Source: Octopus vulgaris
Taxonomy: Eukaryota
Assembly: GCA_951406725.2 (NCBI GenBank)
Contig: OX597836.1
Coordinates: 35,030,001 to 35,094,000 of the forward strand
DNA: 64,000 bases
Reading direction: 5' to 3'
The stretch's first letter is position 1. Every line of letters starts with the position of its first letter. The position numbers were made by a program, and so were the translations under genes. Of the stretch, positions 44,399 through 58,250 are shown in pieces. The notes under the pieces are model-generated. The model had not been told where the DNA came from and ran no database searches. It saw only the letters and a program-made list of their open reading frames with translations.

Positions 44399-44450
44399 TG
44401 AGCTGACGAAAGAAATGTCGAATTGACAAATCTAGAAACGTACGTTCTCA
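44399..44450 (+). ncRNA. Type I hammerhead ribozyme (loop GTAC), copy 1
   Basis: TGAG-CTGACGA-AAGAAATGTC GAATT GACAAATCTA-GAAA-C-GTAC-G-TT-CTCA. Confidence 0.8.
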
Positions 44451-44954
44451 AATAACCTTTGCACTTGATTTTTTAATGTTTTTTCCCCATACCTTTGTGA
44501 GTTGGTTTAGGCAAACACTATCTGAGAGAGATCTTCTTTAAGTATTAGAAATAGCTGAAGAAATTTCTTTAGCTGCTATTTCTAATGAGTTCAGTATGTG
44601 GCAAAGTAATTTATTTTACTAAGCCCTTATATATAATGTAATATTTTGAATTCGCCTAAAATGGTCCCTTTACATACTGAATACTTGGTGAAATTGATTA
44701 ATAATTAATTAATTTTACCCTCAATTGTTGAAATTATAATTCATCTCTCTCTGCTAAATGCTGCAGTTTTCACCGTTAATACATGGTGTTTGTCAATTTT
44801 AACCCATGCTGGTGGAAAGGGGAGAGCAGAAATTCTTCGCTTGCATATTCGGATTTGATAGCACTTATAGTTCGAGCAGAATTCTAGAGGTGATGAGAAG
44901 CCGAAAGGGTATGCTCCCGACTTTCAGTGTTCCCAAATCCGATTCAAGGAATTC

Positions 44955-45006
44955 TGAGCTGACGAAAGAAATGTCGAATTGACTAATCTAGAAACGTACG
45001 TTCTCA
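44955..45006 (+). ncRNA. Type I hammerhead ribozyme (loop GTAC), copy 2
   Basis: As copy 1, 556 nt downstream. Confidence 0.8.
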
Positions 45007-45391
45007 AATAACCTTTGCACTTGATTTTTTAATGTTTTTTCCCCCATACCTTTGTGAGTTGGTTTAGGCAAACACTATCTGAGAGAGATCTTCTTTAAGT
45101 ATTAGAAATAGCTGAAGAAATTTCTTTAGCTGCTATTTCTAATGAGTTCAGTATGTGGCAAAGTAATTTATTTTACTAAGCCCTTATATATAATGTAATA
45201 TTTTGAATTCGCCTAAAATGGTCCCTTTACATACTGAATACTTGGTGAAATTGATTAATTATTAATTAATTTTACCCTCAATTGTTGAAATTATATATAT
45301 ATATATATATATATATAAATATATATATATATATTTATATATTTATATAGATATATATAGAAAGAAAGTGAGAGAGAGAGAATTAAGTGTG

Positions 45392-45680
45392 TAGCAACAA
45401 GTTGTTTCACCACATATCGAAAATTTGGAAATAGCAGACAAAGTCAGCTAATTCCTGTAACTAGAGACATAGTGAATGGAATTAGCTGTCTTCGGCTGAT
45501 ATTTCTAAACTTTCGGTGTGTGGTGAAGCAACTTGTTGCTAAACCCGTAATTATGTTTATAATTATGTATAAAAAAAACAAACTTTTTGTACAAGGTTTT
45601 ACCGATAAATATTCTTTTTCCATACCAAAACTACTTGCTAATATTTATTAATTATTAAATTAATACTAATTTACTCTAAA
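45392..45680. repeat. Old fold-back of the family 3' module, amplified by local duplication
   Basis: TAGCAACAAGTTG...GCTAATTCC / GGAATTAGC...CAACTTGTTGCTA. Copies near 52857, 54739, 58563 and 63416; 3' end tandemly repeated at ~53000-53340. Confidence 0.75.
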
Positions 45681-46613
45681 TAGGCAAATAATTATGGGAT
45701 GTAGTCTATTTGTAGAACTACAAAATTTCAAGAGATGCACACACATCTTATTAGCCTATTTCTTTCTGTCTTTCTTTTTAAAGTAGATAAAGGTGAGATG
45801 GTATAAATGAAGGATAGGTCGCATTTGGGGGCTGCTATTCACAGCTTCACTCCCACCCCTCAAACACACACACATCTGTCTTTCTTTCCTTTTTTAAAGA
45901 AGGTAATGGTAAGGCGGGAAAGGTGTAAGATAGGTAGGTAATTTAGGGCTGCTATTTTCTGCTTACATCCCACTTACCATCTCAAACACGCACACATTTC
46001 AACAGCTTCTTTCTTTCTTTCTTTAATTTTTTAAAGAAGGTGGGGTTGAGCTGGTATAGGTGTGGGGTTAGTTGTTTGTGGCTAGTATTGGCTGCTTAAC
46101 TCCCAGCCCCCATCACTCTCTCTCTCTCTCTCTTTCTCTCTTTACTTCTTTCTCACACTCACATCCCTATAAGCCCTTATTCATATCCACGTACAAAAAA
46201 TTCTTGAAAGCTATTGGGGAAATTTTGGTAGTAATGCGTCGTAAGCTTTGAACGCAAAAATCCATGCGTGAACTCTTCTGTGAGCGATACGATGAACTTT
46301 TACCTTTAACAATAATATATTTAAAGGAATCATTTATAACTGTTCATATATGATTGCAATATTGGTATACGGAATAAAAGGTAATACTTTATATGCGTGC
46401 GCATACACATATATATGTGTGTGTGTTTGGGTGTTTGTAAGGTAGATGGAGAGATGATATTGCTTTATATACCTTTATATATATATATAACTATAATAAT
46501 AATATTAGGGAGTAAATCCAAACTCATAGGGAAATTTAGATTTAGTTTTATCTCTAATTTGATATATATATATATAACTCTATATTTATATACTAATCTG
46601 TAATTAAGTGACG

Positions 46614-46691
<78 letters not shown>

Positions 46692-46692
<1 letters not shown>

Positions 46693-49600
46693 AAAAGGAT
46701 AGAAAGAGACAGCGCACACGAATGTCTAAATTCTATCTGAAAGGTGTCTGCTGGCATTGAGAAGAATGTGCAGGGTGCCGTTTTGCACACCAAAAACCCT
46801 GCCACATAAACATGAATCGGGGTAGAACCCAACTACTAAAGGGAAAAGGAATGGATCACGCACCACCTGCCCCAAAACGGAGGTACTCAGATGTAGTGCG
46901 TGCTACAAACCACCAACATGTTATCGAAAGGGCAGCTGCTGAATAAGAATCTATTTTGCGCATGGCACAAAAGATTGTACAGCAGCTATCCTGGCTCCAT
47001 CAAACTCAAACTCGCAGATGGGACTATCCACAATACGCAAGACCGCCACAGCAAATAGACCCAAGGTGGACACCACCGGCAACAGAACACACATCACCTC
47101 GATGCTCCTACTGAAAATCAGAGGACTGCTAACACTCAGTAACAGGACAAAAATCCCGTTCATGAGAGACCATGTTGCATGCAATCAAGCCTTATGCATA
47201 GCACTTACGGAAACACACCTGAAACTGGATATAGCAGATGCGGAATTACACATACCACAGTATGTTGTATTACGGACCGACAGAAAAGAAAGGAGTCATG
47301 GGGGAGTTGGTATGTACATCCACGAGGACCTCACACCCCAGGTCATTTTGTCATACTCAAATTCGGTGTGTGACACACTAATTGTACATATAAGGCAACT
47401 TGGTGTAGTTATATATGCTACGTATCGCCCTCCAGATGCCCCAAGCCATGTAGGCAAGTTTGAAGAGTGCTTTATAAAAATAGAAGTTCTTGTCACATTA
47501 GAACAACACATAAGTGTACTTCTTATGGGAGACTTCAATCTGCCCAATGTCAGATGGCCCGAGGTTCTTTCTCTCCCAGGAATGACACGATGCGAACGAG
47601 GACAGGCGAGGTCCCTCCTGAACCTCATCAACACTCTGTACATGGAGCAAATAATACTCCAACCAACCAGGGCAGGTAACATACTGGATCTCTGCTTCAC
47701 AAATAATATGGATCTCATCCATATTGTGAAAGTGACACCGACACTACTCTCGGATCACAACATGGTAGAGCTGACCATGTACGGGCCAAAGGAAAGCATG
47801 GACATGCAGTCTACAAGAAATTCTCAGAATCTTTCCAGCTTGAACTTCCATAAGGCAAACTGGAAACAAATTGAGAAAGAGATCCTCAAACAAAACTGGC
47901 CTGAATGTCTCTCCTCGCCAGACATCGACAAGAAACTTCAACAATTCATGTCTGTAATGCAATCCATATGCTACAAATGTGTCCCAGAGAGAAAGGCCAC
48001 TGTACACAAAAACAAAATCTCCAGAGAGAGGAGAATTCTAATGAGACGGCGTACAAAAGTTTCAAATCGCCTAAACAAGCAAATTGAAAGCAGTGTAAGT
48101 GCCGCCTGAAAATAAAACTGTCGGAAATTGAAAAATGTCTGCAACTCTCACATGAAAAGGAAAGAGCAGACAAAGAAGCCTGGGCTATAGACAACATAAA
48201 ATCTAACCCCAGAACTTTCTACAGGTATGCCAAAGAAACAGCTACGGTGCACTGTAGGATAGAGCCACTCATTGAAAAAGATGGCACACTCACAGGAAAT
48301 CCAATGAGGATAAGTGAAATACTAAATGAGCAATTCAAGAATATTTTCACTCCACCCCTAGGGCATTTTCAAGTCAGCAATCCAACTGACTTCTTTACCA
48401 CTGCAGATATAAAATCAGAGGCAGCGATGATTGATTACATCAATATAAAGGAAGACGATGTAATAAAGGCTATAGATGAAATGAAAATAAACTCAGCTAC
48501 TGGCCCCGATGGATTCTCAGCAATCCTTCTAAAAGTATGTAAGAGAGTTCTAGCAAGACCACTGCAGTTCCTCTTTCAGAGCTTCCTTGCAACTGGTAAA
48601 CTTCCAAGAAAACTGAAGGAAGGTAAAATATGCCCTATTCATAAAGGAGGTAGAAGAGAGGAGGCCAAGGACTACAGACCTAATTTTCTGACCTCACACA
48701 TCAGCAAGTTCATGGAACGAATAGTCAGAAGGAAGCTAGTCACCTTCCTTGAAGAAAATGACTTGCTGCCTGACACCCAACATGGTTTCCGACCAGGAAG
48801 AAGCTGCCTAACTCAGCTCCTACAACACTATGACTGGGTGCTGAAACGACTGCTCAACCACTCAAATGTGGAAGTCATATAACTCGACTTTGCAAAGGCC
48901 TTTGATAAAGTCGATCATGGAATGATATGTCACAAACTGCGTAATCTTTGCCTTGTTGGAAAATTGGGAGAATGGCTTCATGACATTCTGAAGGATAGAA
49001 GTCAGGTGATAGTAGCCAAGGGGGCCACTTCCATTAACACGCAAATAGTGAGCGGTGTTCCGCAAGGCACTGTTTTGGGACCACTACTGTGCATAATGGC
49101 CCTCTCAGACATGCCCTCAGTCACGCAGAGTGCCACGATCACAAGTTATGCAGATGATACAAAAGTTTCACAGGCAATACAGAACCCTGAAGACACTAAG
49201 TATCTGCAATGTGAGCTGGACAAAATATACAAGTGGGCTGAAAAGAATTGCATGCAGTTCAATGCTGAAAAGTTTCAAGATTTATGCTATCAGCATGCAA
49301 AGCTAAATGCAATACCCAATAAATACACTGAACCTGGAGGGATTGCAATCCCAGAGGCACAATCAGTGCGAGACCTGGGTATTTACATGAGTGATGATGC
49401 AACCTTTCATGTGCATGTTGCTAAACTGGCAATGAAATGTAGGCGGCTGAGCGGATGGATTCTTAGAACCTTTAGAACAAGAGACCAGGAAACCATGATG
49501 GTCCTCTGGAGGGCACTTGTCCTAAGCCACTTTGACTATTGCTCTCAGCTATGGTCACCATCCAGTGTCAAGTAAATCACAGAACTTGAGGCGATCCAAC

Positions 49601-50135
49601 GAAGCTACACGAAGAAGATAGCCTCTGTGCAGCATATAAGCTATTGGGAAAGACTCAAGAGATTAAGACTCTATTCCTTAGAGCGTAGGCGAGAAAGATA
49701 TGCCATAATATACATCAGGAAGATCCTAGAAGGACTTGTCCCAAACTTTGGCATCGAGAGTTACAAAAATGCTAGAACTGGGCGCCACTGCATAGTGCCA
49801 AGGACTCCAAATTTGCCATCAAAATGTAGGACAAGATACTGTGATAGCCTGGGCTTCAGAGACCCACAGCTCTTCAATATCCTCCCGAAGAACCTGAGAG
49901 ACCTGCATGGGGTGGATGCAGATGTCTTTAAAATAAAACTGGATCTCTTCCTGTTAGGTGTCCCAGATGAACCAACTTCACGGCAGGAGGTGCACATGAG
50001 GGCAGTTGCATCGAAATCTCTCATGCACCAAATGGCAATTGCTAAAAAGCATTCGTGAAGTAAAATCATGTAGCAACGCCAAATGGCGGTGCCCAGCATG
50101 GCCACGGCTCGTGAGCTGAATCTAGATAAAAAAAG

Positions 50136-50138
<3 letters not shown>
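46692..50138 (+). mobile_element. CR1-group LINE with near-complete ORF2 (AP endonuclease + RT), disrupted by stops and frameshifts
   Basis: IALTETHL, GGVGMYI, GDFNLP, ILDLCFT, SDHN; QHGFRPGRSCLTQLL, DFAKAFDKVDH, GVPQGTVLGPLL, YADDTK, VRDLG, DYCSQLWSP, LYSLERRR; flanked by (TA)n. Confidence 0.93.
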
Positions 50139-50173
<35 letters not shown>

Positions 50174-50330
50174 TACGCACACACACACATACACACACAC
50201 GCACTCACATACACATACGCATTCACACATACACATCTCGGCTTCTTTCTTTCTCTTTTTATTTTTCAAAGAAGGCAAGTTTGAGCTGGCATATGGGTGG
50301 GGGAGAGCTTTCTAGGGCTGCTATTTTTTG

Positions 50331-50361
<31 letters not shown>

Positions 50362-50855
50362 TATTTATTTCATTCTTTCTTTCTTTCTTACTTTCTTCTT
50401 CCTTCTTTTCTTTATTTCCTTTTTCAAAGAAGGTAAGGGTGAGAAGATAGAGAAACGGAGAGAGAGAGAGAGAAATATATCCAAAGACATAGAGCTGTAA
50501 GTGACCTTCTATGTACCCCAAATCCCGGTCTTCCAAGAAGTCAAATGATATCTTTAGAAATTTCTAAAGGTTTCTACTGCTGTGTGAGGAGGTCGATGTG
50601 GGTCACGGCCGCCTACTGACCTCGCCTAGCCCCACAACTGCATACAGTACCGAAGCAATGTTTGAATGTTTGAAAATATTAAAACAGCCGGTGGAGGCCA
50701 ATGCTGACCCGCGGCCTAGATATGCTGCAGCCCTCAGCCTCATACCTACAAATACATGTTGAATACTTATTACATTAAGTATTTTAACTGGAATTAATAC
50801 TATGTGTGGTCAGAATTGATATCTAACTGGTCATGTCTCCCTAATTTGTTATATA

Positions 50856-51238
50856 TCTATATATATAAAACTGTAGTTGTGTGAGTGTCTGTCCCCTTCG
50901 ATTTAGATTCCTAACTACTCCCACATTTTGCGGTGCAGTTTAACCAAAACCGGGTATCTTATAGTCGCGATTCATATCGAGGCCGTCTGGGTACTAGCGC
51001 GAGTCTACGATGAGTCTACGATTTTAAAAATAATTTACCATCATTTTTTTCCATTTTCCTGCATATTTTTTTAAAGGGAAGTAACTCTCTAAAAATGTCT
51101 ACGATGAGTCAACGATTTAAAGAAAAATTTAGCATCAAAATTTTTTCCATTTTTAATGCATTTTTTTGCTATTTTTTGGCTATAACTCTCTAAGAATGCT
51201 GTATATACAAACCCGAGCAACGCCGAACGATTCTGCTA

Positions 51239-51239
<1 letters not shown>
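50856..51239 (+). mobile_element. Non-autonomous Helitron
   Basis: A|TCTATATATATAAAA...CCCGAGCAACGCCGAACGATTCTGCTAG|T. Confidence 0.85.
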
Positions 51240-51285
<46 letters not shown>

Positions 51286-51289
51286 GATA

Positions 51290-52384
51290 TCATCATCAGA
51301 AGATAAGTAAAATTCATTAAAATGACAGATGTATCGGACTTTCAAAGAGGTCAAATTGTTGGTGCTCGTATGGCAGGCGCTAGCGTAACGAAAACAGCCG
51401 AAATGTTTGGTGTATCAAGAACTACTCTCTCGAAAGTAATGATAGCCTTTGAGAAACGGAAAAACCTCCTCCTCGAAACAAAACTCCAGAAGAAAATCAA
51501 AACTTCCAGATAAGGACCGTCGAACTCTTACGCGCATTGTTAGAAGGGATACAAAAGTACAGCTCCCAAAATTATCACAGAGCTTAATGACCACCCCGAG
51601 AACCCAGTTTTCACTAAAAGTGTTCGCCGGGAGCTGCACAAAGCCAAATTTCACGGTCGGGTTGCAATCAGAAAACCACTATCTTCAAAAAACAAACGTT
51701 GCAAAGCGTTTAGAGTGGAGTAAACACCTACAGAATTGCTCCTTAGAGCAGAGGAAGAATGTTATTTTCTCGGACGAGTCATCGTTTACCTTATTTCCGA
51801 CCACCGGCCGAGTATACGTGTGGAGACAGCCACAAGAAGCATTTGACTCAGACTGCCTTCTTCCAACTGTTAAACATGGAGGCGGATCTATATCTTGGAA
51901 ATCCGCCGGCCCAATGTTTTCCCGTCATGGCAGAATTAATAGTCTAGACTACTTAAGCATTTTATCTGATCAAATTCATCTTATGGTTGCGGAACTGTTT
52001 CCCGAGAGAAACGCAATCTTTTAGGAAGGTAATGCACCAATTCACACAGCTAAAGTTGTTACTAAATTGCACGAGGAACATTCTTGTGGAGTTGAACATC
52101 TTAACTGGCCACCACAGTTCCCAGATCTCAATATTATTGAACATTTATGGTGCCTTTTAGGAAAACAAGTAAGGAGTCGATATCCTCCACCATCGTCACT
52201 ACAAGAACTGAAGACAGTTTTAGCTAAAATATGAAGAAAAATTACTTTGGAAACAATTCAAACTTTGTACGAGTCCATACCTGGAAGAATCCAAGCTATA
52301 ATTACTGCCAAAGGCGTTCCCACCCCATAGAATAAAATCGTTTGAAATTTTAAGGTCTTTCCATTATTTTGTCGAACCTGTGTA
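51290..52384 (+). mobile_element. Tc1-family (DD34E) transposase pseudogene
   Basis: SDFQRGQIVG (HTH), VIFSDES, PTVKHGGGS, NAPIH, WPPQFPDLNIIEHLW, SIPGRIQAII.AKG; frameshifts and stops; only the right end is TIR-like. Confidence 0.92.
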
Positions 52385-52393
52385 TGTACGTAT

Positions 52394-52425
<32 letters not shown>

Positions 52426-52454
52426 GAGAGCGATACAAACACACATATATATAT

Positions 52455-52502
<48 letters not shown>

Positions 52503-53757
52503 GAGAGAGCGAGAGAGTGAGTGAGAGAGAGTATATCCAACAGCTATTTGTTATTATATATACTTGAAGGTAAGCGCTAAAGGACTGAAGCAGTTTTCGA
52601 CCGTGGGTCAATGTGGGCCTCCACCGTCAGGTTTCATAGTTTGGAACTTTCAAATATACCTGCGGTGATGGTCCAGTGTGTTTAAGCATAAATGTAGGCA
52701 GGGAGTTGAGGGGATGGGATCAGTCAGCTGCATCTCCTTTCCACCTCCCTACTCATCTTGAAAGCTCTTTAGAAATTTGAAAAGTTTAATGAGTCTCTTT
52801 GTAAGTCCGAGGTGCAGGGGACACACATTCTTTATATATATAAATAGTTAAGTGTCTAGCAACAAGTTGCTTCACCACAAACTGAAAATTTAGGAATAGC
52901 AGACAAAGACAGCAAAACCGTTTTACTAGAGACATAGTGAAAGGAATTACCTGTCCTCAGCTGCTAATTCTAAATTTTCGGTGTGTGGTGAAGCAACTTT
53001 TTGCTAAACCCTTAATTATATATATAATTATATATATGAAAAAAATTTTGTGCAAGTTTTTAACGATAATGTTTCTCTTTCCATACCGAAATTACTTGGT
53101 AACATTTATTAATTATTAAATTAATTATTCTTTACCCTAAATGGGCAAATAATTATGGGACGTAGTCTAAGGGTTGTCAAACCTTTAATTATATTTATAA
53201 TTATATATATAAAAAAAATTTTGTGCAAGTTTTTACCGATAATGTTTCTCTTTCCATACCGAAATTACTTGGTAACATTTATTAATTATTAAATTAATAA
53301 TTCTTTACCCTAAATAGGCAAATAATTATGGGATGTAGTTTATTTGTAGTACTACAAAATTTCAAGAAACACACACACACACACACATCTTATTAGCTTC
53401 TTCCTTTCGTTTCCTTTTTAAAGTAGGTATAGTTGTAGGATAGGTCGCATTTTGGGGCTGCTATTCATTGCTCATCTCCCACCATCACCCTCAAATATAC
53501 ACACGTCTTATAGCTTCTGTCTTTCTTTCCTTTTTTTCATTTAAGGTAATGCTGAGACGGTAAAGGTAGGTATTTTGCGCTGCTATTTTCTGCTTACCTT
53601 CCACCACCATCTTAAACTCACACACATTTCAATAGCTTCTTCATTTCTTTCTGTCTTTCTTTATTTAATTTTTTAAAGAAGGTGGGGGTTGAGCTAGTAT
53701 AGGTGCGGGGTACGTAGTTGTTTTAGCTAGTATTGGCTGCTTAACTCCCAGCCCCCA

Positions 53758-53796
<39 letters not shown>

Positions 53797-54137
53797 ACTT
53801 CTTTCTCTCACACACACATCCCTATAAGTCCTTACGTAGACACATGTCAGGTACAAATAATTCATGGGAGCTATTGGGGACATTTTGGTAGAACTTCGTC
53901 GTAAGCTTTGGACGCAACATTCCATGCGTGACTCTTTTGTGAGCCATACGATGGGCTTTTACCTTTATCCATAGAACATTTAAAGGTATATGCATTATAT
54001 CTGTCTTGAAGAATAGTATCTTTAGGGGTAAATATAATATATATTAGTTTTGATGAATCGTTTATAATTGTTGGTATAAGACTTCAGCATTAGTATAAGT
54101 AATAAAAGGTAATACATTATATGCGTGCGCATAAACA

Positions 54138-54219
<82 letters not shown>

Positions 54220-54353
54220 AGGTCAGAAAAAATTTAGATTCAAATGAATATGGTACTTAACTTAGATGCACCAGAATTTTGGATGGTGTAATCCATAAAA
54301 ATCCGTGGCGTGATTATAATCAAAATAAGCAACAAGAATGACTCCGGTCATGG

Positions 54354-54432
<79 letters not shown>

Positions 54433-54511
54433 TAAGGCGAAAGAAAGATGATATTGACTTATACTCTCTATATATAGTTATATAGGTGTCTGTAGTTATA
54501 TGAAGCTATGC

Positions 54512-54566
<55 letters not shown>

Positions 54567-54587
54567 CATATATATATTTTTATATAT

Positions 54588-54658
<71 letters not shown>

Positions 54659-54667
54659 CACATATAC

Positions 54668-54708
<41 letters not shown>

Positions 54709-55030
54709 TATATAAATATAGATATATAATTAAGAAAGTAGCAACAAGTTACTTCACCATATATTCGAAAATTTAGAAATAACAGCCAAAGACAGCTAAT
54801 TCGTTTTACTAGAGACATAGTGAAAGGAATTAACTGTCTTTCGCTTCTATTTCTAAATTTTCGGTATGTAATGAAGCAACTTGTTGCTAAACCCTTAATT
54901 ATATATATAATTATATATAGAAAAAAATATTTTTAAACAAGTTTTTACGATAATGGTTCTTTTTACCTTACCGAAATTACCTGGTAAAATTTATTAATTA
55001 TGAAATTACTAACTCTTTACCCTACATCTG

Positions 55031-55062
<32 letters not shown>

Positions 55063-55578
55063 ATTGTGTGTCCGTGAACGATATGTGTGCCGGGTATATA
55101 TCTATATGACAGTGAATGGGAGAGGGTAAAATAGAAAGAGAAATGCAGAGAGAGAAAGACATCCAAAGACGACATGGAACCTTAGGGACCTTTTATGTAC
55201 CCCAAATCCCGTTCTTAGTAGAAGTTAAATGAAATCTTTTGAAATTTCTAAAGGTTGCCGCTGCTGTGTGGGGAGGGGTGAACGGTGTGAGGGCTGACTG
55301 CTGACCTCTCCCCCACTTCCCACCGCCCGCTCACTTTGTAAAACTCACATAATCACTACCAGAGGTATGTTGAACAGTTTGAAACTATAAAAACGGGTGG
55401 TGGAGGCCCATGGTGACCCGCGGCCTAGAAATGCTTAAACCCTCAATCGCACACTTTCAATATATATTAACTACATATTCCGCGAAGGACATATTCTCTC
55501 CCCCATTCTCACTTACTCTCTCTCTCTTTCCATATATGTATTCTTTTATTCCTTTACCTATCTACCTGTCTATGTATG

Positions 55579-55639
<61 letters not shown>

Positions 55640-56287
55640 GTCTGTCTTTCTCTCTATCTGTCTGCCTGCCTGCCTGCGTATCTGCCTCCCTGTCTATGTA
55701 TCTCTCTGTCTCTATCTATCTATCTTTCTATCTAGGTACATATCTATGTGTCTATCTTCATTTCCACCTGTCTATCCATACCTGGGGCTATACCGAGGCG
55801 AAAACACACGCACTCATGTACACACACACACACATTTATTCATATATGTACCTGTATGTACGGGTGTGTGTGTGTGTACATGTATGTGAGTTTTCCCCAT
55901 AATGTATATGCCTATGTGTCTGTGAGTACACGTTTATCTATTAGATGTAGATTTACGTACATATTTACACACATTAATTTTGAGCTTTCAATATTTAGCC
56001 AATATAATAGTATCTACACACAGATGTACCTTCATATAGACACTATTATTCATGTCCATGTACTCGCATATCGATTTCTAAAAAGATCTCTTCTCAATTT
56101 TGAAATTCAAGAAAAAAAGAAAAAGAAGAAAAGAAAAAAACAGACGCCAAAGCTTCTTTAGTTTAAGTTTATTATTGATTGCGTTACACGAAATATATGA
56201 AATTAGAGTCTCTGAGATGTGGTCTGCAAAAGACGCCACGAAATTATGCATGTTGGAAGAATCTTTCCTCTTACGATCATTCGGAAA

Positions 56288-57085
56288 TTATAAACCGACG
56301 GTCATCTGAAAGAGAAAATGGAATTATTGATAAAATATATATGAAAGTATCAGAGTGGAATGTACTAATGCCCAAATGAATCTCTATGGCTGGATATCAC
56401 AAAAATTCATATTTTATAATTGAGACTTATCCCTAATGCATGGAGTGTAGAAACGATCTTTTCAGTAATTTGAATATATTAATAAGAATTGAGAAATAAA
56501 TATAAAGTAATGGGAAAAGGAGCGAAATCTCTTATAAATCATAGTTGTCTTATAAATCATAGTTGTCGCCGAGAATTAGATTTCCTTCACAAATACTTAT
56601 ACTTTTTCCAGCGTCCACTGTCGCTGATATTGAAAAAGTGAAATCAAACAATGATAAATATCAGAGTTAGTGTGTCTATGGCCAGCTGGAGGAGTGTGTC
56701 CTCCTGGGGCTAAAAACTACAGTAGCATCCACCCTTAGGGGTTAGCCATATTGAAATGGCAAAAATACGTCACGATGTGTTACCGCTACTGTATATAACT
56801 AACTCTGATATTTATCATTGCTATATATATATATATATATATATATGTACATACACGTATGTTTATTTATGTATATAGGTATAAATATATATATACGTGT
56901 AAATCTATATATATATATATATATATGTGTATATAGATATAAGCATATACATATGATTAAAATACTTTGAGCATCAACTGAAATAAAATGTATAAATGCA
57001 ATGACTTACCGTAATGACTCCTCATGTGAGTTGTTAATGAAGATTTCGAAGTAAATGTCTTGGAACATAATGAACATGTGCACAT
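56288..57085 (-). pseudogene. Zinc-finger paralogue lacking exons 2-3
   Basis: Exon 1 (57085-57010) and last exon (56305-56288) retained; the middle is replaced by an unrelated ~400-bp segment, leaving incompatible phases. Confidence 0.8.
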
Positions 57086-58014
57086 CGTGCTTATATTGTA
57101 TAAGTTGGGATTAATAAATGGAAAAATTGATGTAGTTTATATGTGTGTGTGTGGTTTGTATAATCTTGTATATCTAATTAGAAATATTTAAAGAAATATA
57201 AGTGTGTGATTAATGTAAATCGGTGGAGAGAGAGAGAAACTGGACACCTTCCTTTCATAGACTAATGATAGAAAATAATTCTGTTATCGTGTAGTATGTC
57301 TTATCATCTAAAAAAATATGAATTAAATAAATAATAGAGAGACAGAGAGAGATATGCAGAGATAGAGATGCAGAGAGAGAGAGAGAGAGAGAGAGTGGGA
57401 GAGAGAGAGAGACAGCGAGAGTGATGGCAACTCGGAGTTGAGCAGCCCAAAAGTCCACAAACATCTAACTACCCCACACAGCCACTAGCTGAAACCTACC
57501 TTCTTTAAAAATCAAGTAAGACGGATATAAGCTATTGAAATGTGATTTGTATATGTGTTGACGTCAAACACTAACACAAACATGTTGTCGTTCTAAGTCA
57601 CACGTTTTCTAATTCAACTGACAGAACCTATATTATTTAATTCTTTTTTACTTGTTTCAGTCATTTGACTGCGGCCATGCTGGAGCACCACCTTTTTAGT
57701 ACTTATTCTATCGGTCTCTTTTTGCCGAACCGCTAAGTGACGGGGACCTAAACACACAAGCATCGGTTGTCAAGCAATGCTAGGGGGACAAACACACACA
57801 CATATACATATATATACATATATACGACAGGCTTCTTTCAGTTTCCGTCTACCAAATCCACTCACAAGGCATTGGTCGGCCCGGGGCTATAGCAGAAGAC
57901 ACTTGCCCAAGATGCCACGCAGTGGGACTGAACCCGCAACCGTGTGGTTGGTTAGCAAGCTACTTACCACACAGCCACTCCCGCGCCTATATATATATAT
58001 TTAATCCAAACAGA

Positions 58015-58250
58015 GAACAATGTGTTGATGTGGGTTTCTTTAAAACTAAACTGGATCACTACTTGTCGGGTGTCCCAGATGAACCTACCTCACGACAGGA
58101 GACGCGGATGCGGGCAGCAGCATCGAACTCCCTTGTTGATCAAGTGCCACGTATCAGAGGTAGATTCACAAATTAGTGTAGCTCATTCAGTGGTGGTGCC
58201 CCAGCATGGCCGCGGCCTTCGGGCTAAAACATTTTTAAGGATTTAAGGAT
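58015..58250 (+). mobile_element. CR1-group LINE 3' fragment
   Basis: FKTKLDHYLSGVPDEPTSRQE..RAAASNSL parallels the end of the 46692-50138 element; tail CCCAGCATGGCCGCGG. Confidence 0.85.
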
